DNA from: an uncultured Lachnoclostridium sp.
GTDB lineage: Bacteria > Bacillota > Clostridia > Lachnospirales > Lachnospiraceae
DNA length: 64,000 nt
Direction of reading: 5' to 3'
Assembly (NCBI GenBank): GCA_946491795.1
Contig: CAMLYF010000006.1
Span: 16,504-80,503, forward strand
The notes beneath the pieces are model-generated. The model had not been told where the DNA came from. It was given only the letters and a program-made list of their open reading frames with translations, and ran no database searches. Made by a program: the position numbers and the translations under genes. Below are positions 59,883-64,000 of this stretch, in pieces; positions within the stretch are counted from its first letter, which is position 1; each line of letters starts with the position of its first letter.

Positions 59883-60916
59883 AACTGATCAGGACAGAAG
59901 ATGCAGTGGGAAGCGTTCTCTGCCATGACATTACACAGATTATCCCGGGTGTGGTAAAGGACGCGGTGTTCCGCAAAGGTCATGTAGTTACGGAAGAGGA
60001 CATTCCTGTCCTGCTTTCTGTGGGAAAAGAGCACCTGTACGTGTGGGAGAAGCAGGAAGGGATGCTCCATGAGAATGACGCTGCGGAAGTGCTCCGACAG
60101 GTATGCCAGGGAGATTACATGAAGGCCTCTGAGGCAAAAGAAGGGAAGATCGAGCTGACTGCCGAAGAGGACGGTCTGCTGAAAATCGACAGGGCTAAAC
60201 TGAATGCGGTCAATGCTATGGGGCAGATAGTTCTTGCTTCCAGACACGGAGATTTTCCAGTGAAAAAGGGCGATAAGATCGTGGGAATGCGCGTTGTCCC
60301 TCTTGTAATAGAAGAGGAGAAGATGAACCGTGTGAAAGAGATCTGCGGGGAGGAGCCTGTTTTTCAGATCCTTCCGTTCCGCGAGATGAAAGCGGGGATC
60401 ATCGCTACAGGAAGCGAGGTTTACCGAGGACGGATCGAAGACAAGTTTACTCCGGTAGTAAAAGCAAAGCTGGAAGAGTGCGGTGTGGAAGTAATGGGCC
60501 ATGTGCTGTGCGACGATAACGCTGAGATGACGACAGGAGCGATCAATGACTGGATCGAAAAAGGCGCGGACATGGTAGTATGCACCGGAGGAATGAGCGT
60601 AGATCCGGACGACAGGACGCCTCTTGCCATCCGCAATGCGTCGGATGAAGTTGTTACTTATGGCGCTCCTGTCCTGCCCGGCGCCATGTTTATGCTGGCG
60701 TATAAAAAGCGGGAGGACAGTGATGCAGCGGATATTCCGATCATGGGACTGCCCGGATGCGTTATGTATTCAAAGCGCACGATCTTTGATCTTGTTCTGC
60801 CGCGGATCGTAGCGGGAGAGCATCTGAGCGTTGAAGACTTCAGCGTGCTGGGGGAGGGCGGACTGTGCCTGAACTGTAAAGTATGTACATATCCGAACTG
60901 CGGATTCGGAAAATAA
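59879..60916 (+). CDS. Molybdopterin-binding (MoCF-biosynthesis/MogA-like domain) protein with a C-terminal Cys cluster
   Basis: ATGA overlap with the nadE stop. Motif TGGMSVDPDDRTP. C-terminal CLNCKVCTYPNCGFG. Confidence 0.7.
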   Translation: MKLIRTEDAVGSVLCHDITQIIPGVVKDAVFRKGHVVTEEDIPVLLSVGKEHLYVWEKQEGMLHENDAAEVLRQVCQGDYMKASEAKEGKIELTAEEDGLLKIDRAKLNAVNAMGQIVLASRHGDFPVKKGDKIVGMRVVPLVIEEEKMNRVKEICGEEPVFQILPFREMKAGIIATGSEVYRGRIEDKFTPVVKAKLEECGVEVMGHVLCDDNAEMTTGAINDWIEKGADMVVCTGGMSVDPDDRTPLAIRNASDEVVTYGAPVLPGAMFMLAYKKREDSDAADIPIMGLPGCVMYSKRTIFDLVLPRIVAGEHLSVEDFSVLGEGGLCLNCKVCTYPNCGFGK

Positions 60917-60929
60917 GAGCTGTATAAAA

Positions 60930-60968
60930 GCCGCCCCACAAGTAATTGATGTGGAGCGGCAGTTTTTT
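60930..60968 (+). terminator. Intrinsic terminator
   Basis: GCCGCCCCACA / TGTGGAGCGGC stem (one mismatch) followed by a T6 run. Confidence 0.8.
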
Positions 60969-60970
60969 AC

Positions 60971-61519
60971 TCAGATATCAATTGAACTGAAATCAATCTC
61001 CAGATCGTCATAGATCCCGGCTTTGATGGCTTCAGAAAATGTGTAGTCGCCAGTATCCTCAGATTCGAAATTGTAAACAAGGATCCGGTTTTTCTCAGGA
61101 TCAACAATCCAGTATTCACGAACACCGGCAGTACGGTATTTGAACAGTTTAGTGTAGTAGTCCATCCGTCTGCTTCCCGGGGATACAATTTCAATAATCC
61201 AGTCCGGCGCACCTGTGCAGCCTTTGTCTGTGAGCTTGTCAGTACTGCATATAACGCTTATATCCGGCTCTACATAATTCTTCTTATCATCTGCATTGAG
61301 AAATACAGCGAATGGAGCAATATCGACCTCACAGGAGCCGCCCTTCTCTTTGATGTAATTGTTTATAATGGTTGAAAGCTCCAGTGTGATCCGCTGATGT
61401 TTCCTGCCCGGCGGCGCCATCATATACATCCGGCCGTCAATCAGTTCTGCCCGCTGTCCGTCTGGGAGGGCATAGATATCATCAATGGTATACTCTTTGT
61501 CCTGCTGTAGTAATGGCAT
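60971..61519 (-). CDS. Uma2-family (DUF820) putative endonuclease
   Basis: ATG (61519-61517) gives MPLLQQDKEYTIDDIYALPDGQRAELIDG... with PDISV and APDWIIEIVSPGS, a PD-(D/E)xK-like core typical of the Uma2 family. Confidence 0.8.
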   Translation of the reverse strand: MPLLQQDKEYTIDDIYALPDGQRAELIDGRMYMMAPPGRKHQRITLELSTIINNYIKEKGGSCEVDIAPFAVFLNADDKKNYVEPDISVICSTDKLTDKGCTGAPDWIIEIVSPGSRRMDYYTKLFKYRTAGVREYWIVDPEKNRILVYNFESEDTGDYTFSEAIKAGIYDDLEIDFSSIDI

Positions 61520-61575
61520 AGGAACACATCCTTTCATGGGGCACAAAATGACCATACCTTTTCTAAGTATGCCCT

Positions 61576-61600
61576 AAGTATAGCATATATTGCTATACTT
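61576..61600. repeat. Perfect 10-bp palindrome overlapping the putative Uma2 promoter
   Basis: AAGTATAGCA (61576-61585), tatat, TGCTATACTT (61591-61600). On the minus strand it sits between a TTGTAC -35 and covers a TATACT -10. Confidence 0.6.
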
Positions 61601-61779
61601 GTACAAATACAAAGATGAGGTCAAACTCTTTACCGGTTGTTTCTTTTCTGTCTTTCATATAGCATATCTGTACGGTTTCGATTTACAGAAATTATAAGTA
61701 ATAGTAAAATCATATTCCCTGTCAAAATATAAGCAAAACGGAAATAATAATGTGTGCGTAATATTTTATGCGATTATAA

Positions 61780-62161
<382 letters not shown>

Positions 62162-62163
<2 letters not shown>

Positions 62164-62321
62164 TCTGCAGAGCGGTACCACGACAAGCTGCGGCTGCCAG
62201 CGCAGTCCTCAGAAGATCGGCGGATATGATTCTCTGGATGATGCGGCAAAAGTCCGGGCTGCAGCGGAAGAAAAGGTTTTCGGGGATTTTGTTAAATGGT
62301 ATGGAGAGAATTATCGGCAGA
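62162..62321 (+). pseudogene. Fragment of a phage/mobile-element-type SCGC-motif protein
   Basis: NLQSGTTTSCGCQRSPQKIGGYDSLDDAAKVRAAAEEKVFGDFVKWYGENY resembles C-terminal parts of small phage-associated DNA-binding proteins. No start codon or RBS. It abuts the recombinase truncation point and overlaps the araC 3' end. Confidence 0.35.
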
Positions 62322-63188
62322 ACGCCATTTCCCCGGCGATATCCCGTACTTCCGTTTAAAGATCCGGTTAAAGTAGGAAAGATTGTCAAATCCGCTCTGC
62401 TCCGCAATTTCAAGGACAGAGGCGTCTGAAGACTTCAGCAGTCGCTCCGCCATTGTCAGGCGGTAGTCATTGAGATATTCGATGAATCCTGTTCCCATAT
62501 GCTGCTTGAAGAATTTCATGAAATGGGATTTGCTGTAGTAGGTGAGAGCCGCCATATCATCGATAGTGATGTGCTCTGCATAATGCTCTTCCACATATTT
62601 TAATATAGTCTTCATTTTTTCAAGAGACTTCGTCTGGGACACAGACGCGGTCTCTTTTTTCTGCCTGTTGGAGATGAGCAGATAGAAGAACTGAAAGAGA
62701 AGCCCTTTTACCGCGAGCTGGTAACCCTCTGTCCTGGCGTCGCAGAGCAGGTCAATCTGACGAATGCACTCTGAGACGTCTTTGTAATAGGACAGGGCGG
62801 GCGTCAGGAAAGTCTCGGAAGGAATATCTCCGTTTATAAAGGGAAGGATGAAACGGACAGCGCACAGATCATTATCGCCGGATATAAGCAGTTCCGGCTT
62901 TAATATGATATTTTCGTACTCCATGGTATATGTCTGATCCTGTTCGATGGAGTGGAGCTGCCCGGGGCGGATGAGGACGATATCCCCGGATGTGACAGAA
63001 CGCTTCTCCAGATCAGCAGATACGATTCCCTTTCCTTTTTTGATGACGATGAGCTCCAGCTCTGCGTGCCAGTGGAGGGGGACGTGAGGAAAGTCCTGGG
63101 GAATGGAGCAGAGATATGTGTTGTATGGAAATTCCGCTGTCGTGTGCGATTTTGTTTCGTGGTAATTCTGGTATTCATTCAGATTCAT
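62292..63188 (-). CDS. AraC-family transcriptional regulator (cupin sensor plus HTH)
   Basis: ATG (63188-63186) follows AAAGAGG and gives MNLNEYQNYHETKSH. N-terminal cupin (HWHAELELIVIKKGKG). C-terminal AraC HTH pair ending ...FKRKYGISPGKWR. Confidence 0.85.
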   Translation of the reverse strand: MNLNEYQNYHETKSHTTAEFPYNTYLCSIPQDFPHVPLHWHAELELIVIKKGKGIVSADLEKRSVTSGDIVLIRPGQLHSIEQDQTYTMEYENIILKPELLISGDNDLCAVRFILPFINGDIPSETFLTPALSYYKDVSECIRQIDLLCDARTEGYQLAVKGLLFQFFYLLISNRQKKETASVSQTKSLEKMKTILKYVEEHYAEHITIDDMAALTYYSKSHFMKFFKQHMGTGFIEYLNDYRLTMAERLLKSSDASVLEIAEQSGFDNLSYFNRIFKRKYGISPGKWRSADNSLHTI

Positions 63189-63211
63189 AACAGGCCTCTT
63201 TAATAATATAT

Positions 63212-63313
63212 AACAGTTCAGCCGGCGCCATTCGCAAAGCCGCACTGGCGTGCTTACTGCGGCTGCGCCACTTCTTTGCTCATAAACAGGCGCTCAGCTA
63301 TGGCTGAACTGTT
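63212..63313. other. 102-nt GC-rich rod-like inverted-repeat element (candidate structured RNA or miniature repeat element)
   Basis: AACAGTTCAGCC (63212-63223) pairs with GGCTGAACTGTT (63302-63313). GGCGCC (63224-63229) pairs with GGCGCT (63289-63294). The inner hairpin is AGCCGCA (63238-63244) / TGCGGCT (63258-63264). Confidence 0.5.
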
Positions 63314-63433
63314 GATGATAGTATTGTACAATAAAAGGAAAGTATATTGCAAGAAATTCCATAGAATTGGTACTATAATGCGGATCATAGAGATAAGACA
63401 TATGGATTCTTTTTTGAAAGGAGAACTACTATC

Positions 63434-64000
63434 ATGAACATTCAGGAAAAGGTAGAAGCGTACCTTGGAAAGCCAGTCGCACAGGCTTCCAACAAAGAAA
63501 TCTATGACGGACTGCTCACTATCGTACAGGAGATGGCGGCAGAAAAAGAGCGCACAGACAGCAAGAAGAAACTTTATTACATTTCAGCAGAGTTCCTGAT
63601 CGGAAAGCTGCTCTCCAACAATATGATAAACTTAGGCATCTATCAGGAAGTAAAAGAGATGCTGGAGAAGAATGGCAAAGACATCTGTGAGATCGAAGAA
63701 GTAGAGCCGGAGCCGTCACTTGGAAACGGCGGTCTGGGACGTCTGGCAGCATGTTTCCTTGACTCTATCGCAACACTTGGTCTTGCGGGAGACGGAATCG
63801 GTCTGAACTATCATCTCGGTCTGTTCAAGCAGGAATTCGAAAATCATCTGCAGAAGGAGACTCCGAATCCGTGGATCGAGGAGAAATCATGGCTTAAGAA
63901 GACTGACACAGTATATCCGGTGCAGTTTAAAGGGCTCAATGTCAATGCGAGAATGTATGACATCGAAGTGACAGGCTACAATAACAAGACAAATAAACTT
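63434..64000 (+). CDS. glgP: Glycogen/maltodextrin phosphorylase (N-terminal part; continues beyond the window)
   Basis: My translation from ATG 63434 (after AAAGGAG) gives [28 protein letters not shown]...[13 protein letters not shown]...[25 protein letters not shown], the hallmark GT35 motif. Confidence 0.9.
   Translation, partial: MNIQEKVEAYLGKPVAQASNKEIYDGLLTIVQEMAAEKERTDSKKKLYYISAEFLIGKLLSNNMINLGIYQEVKEMLEKNGKDICEIEEVEPEPSLGNGGLGRLAACFLDSIATLGLAGDGIGLNYHLGLFKQEFENHLQKETPNPWIEEKSWLKKTDTVYPVQFKGLNVNARMYDIEVTGYNNKTNKL

Noticed and set aside
63378-63437. 19-codon upstream ORF ([19 protein letters not shown]) ending on the glgP start codon
   Set aside because: Its ATG overlaps the only good -10 hexamer (TATAAT 63374-63379), so it would not be on the transcript. 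It also has no RBS.

Overview
This 64-kb window reads like chromosomal DNA from a spore-forming Firmicute (class Clostridia, Lachnospiraceae-like). That taxonomic call is inferred from gene content and protein motifs only. Coding density is high on both strands. I saw no rRNA, tRNA, CRISPR array or intact mobile element.

Gene content, left to right:
- pduL (cut by the window edge) and a Na/Pi symporter.
- A beta-glucoside/cellobiose locus: a domain-permuted GH3, a GH94 cellobiose phosphorylase, a LacI regulator and a CUT1-type ABC importer.
- A gene-decay scar holding a truncated SARP/BTAD-like regulator and a frameshifted Cna-B adhesin remnant.
- spoVT, then a six-cysteine SCIFF ranthipeptide precursor (too short for the ORF track) with its radical-SAM maturase, then secDF.
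- An ABC-exporter remnant.
- A three-component sugar sensor (histidine kinase, binding protein, AraC-type response regulator), an AraR-like GntR repressor and a CUT2 (RbsB/YtfQ-like) ABC importer.
- A peptidoglycan hydrolase, then T-box-controlled valS, an LtaS-family enzyme, folC and a TPR protein.
- spoIIAA-spoIIAB-sigF and spoVAA-spoVAB.
- An ECF transporter of unknown specificity plus a PHP hydrolase.
- An RpiR regulator and a giant ATPase-FtsX fusion protein.
- potABCD, a methyltransferase, hslO, nadE and a molybdopterin-binding protein.
- A degraded mobile-element patch: a Uma2 nuclease, a truncated serine recombinase and an SCGC-motif fragment.
- An AraC regulator and the start of glgP.

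I did not find convincing evidence for a wholly new multi-gene system. The most interesting items are:
- the unlisted SCIFF peptide cassette;
- two matching sigma-G-type promoters, each embedded in an inverted repeat, one of which can occlude the spoVT RBS;
- a 102-nt rod-like structured element between araC and glgP, whose 5' sequence module recurs in the ECF-operon leader;
- dual control of the CUT2 sugar importer;
- the repeat-containing giant MacB-like protein.

All functional calls rest on motif recognition by eye and were not checked against any database.
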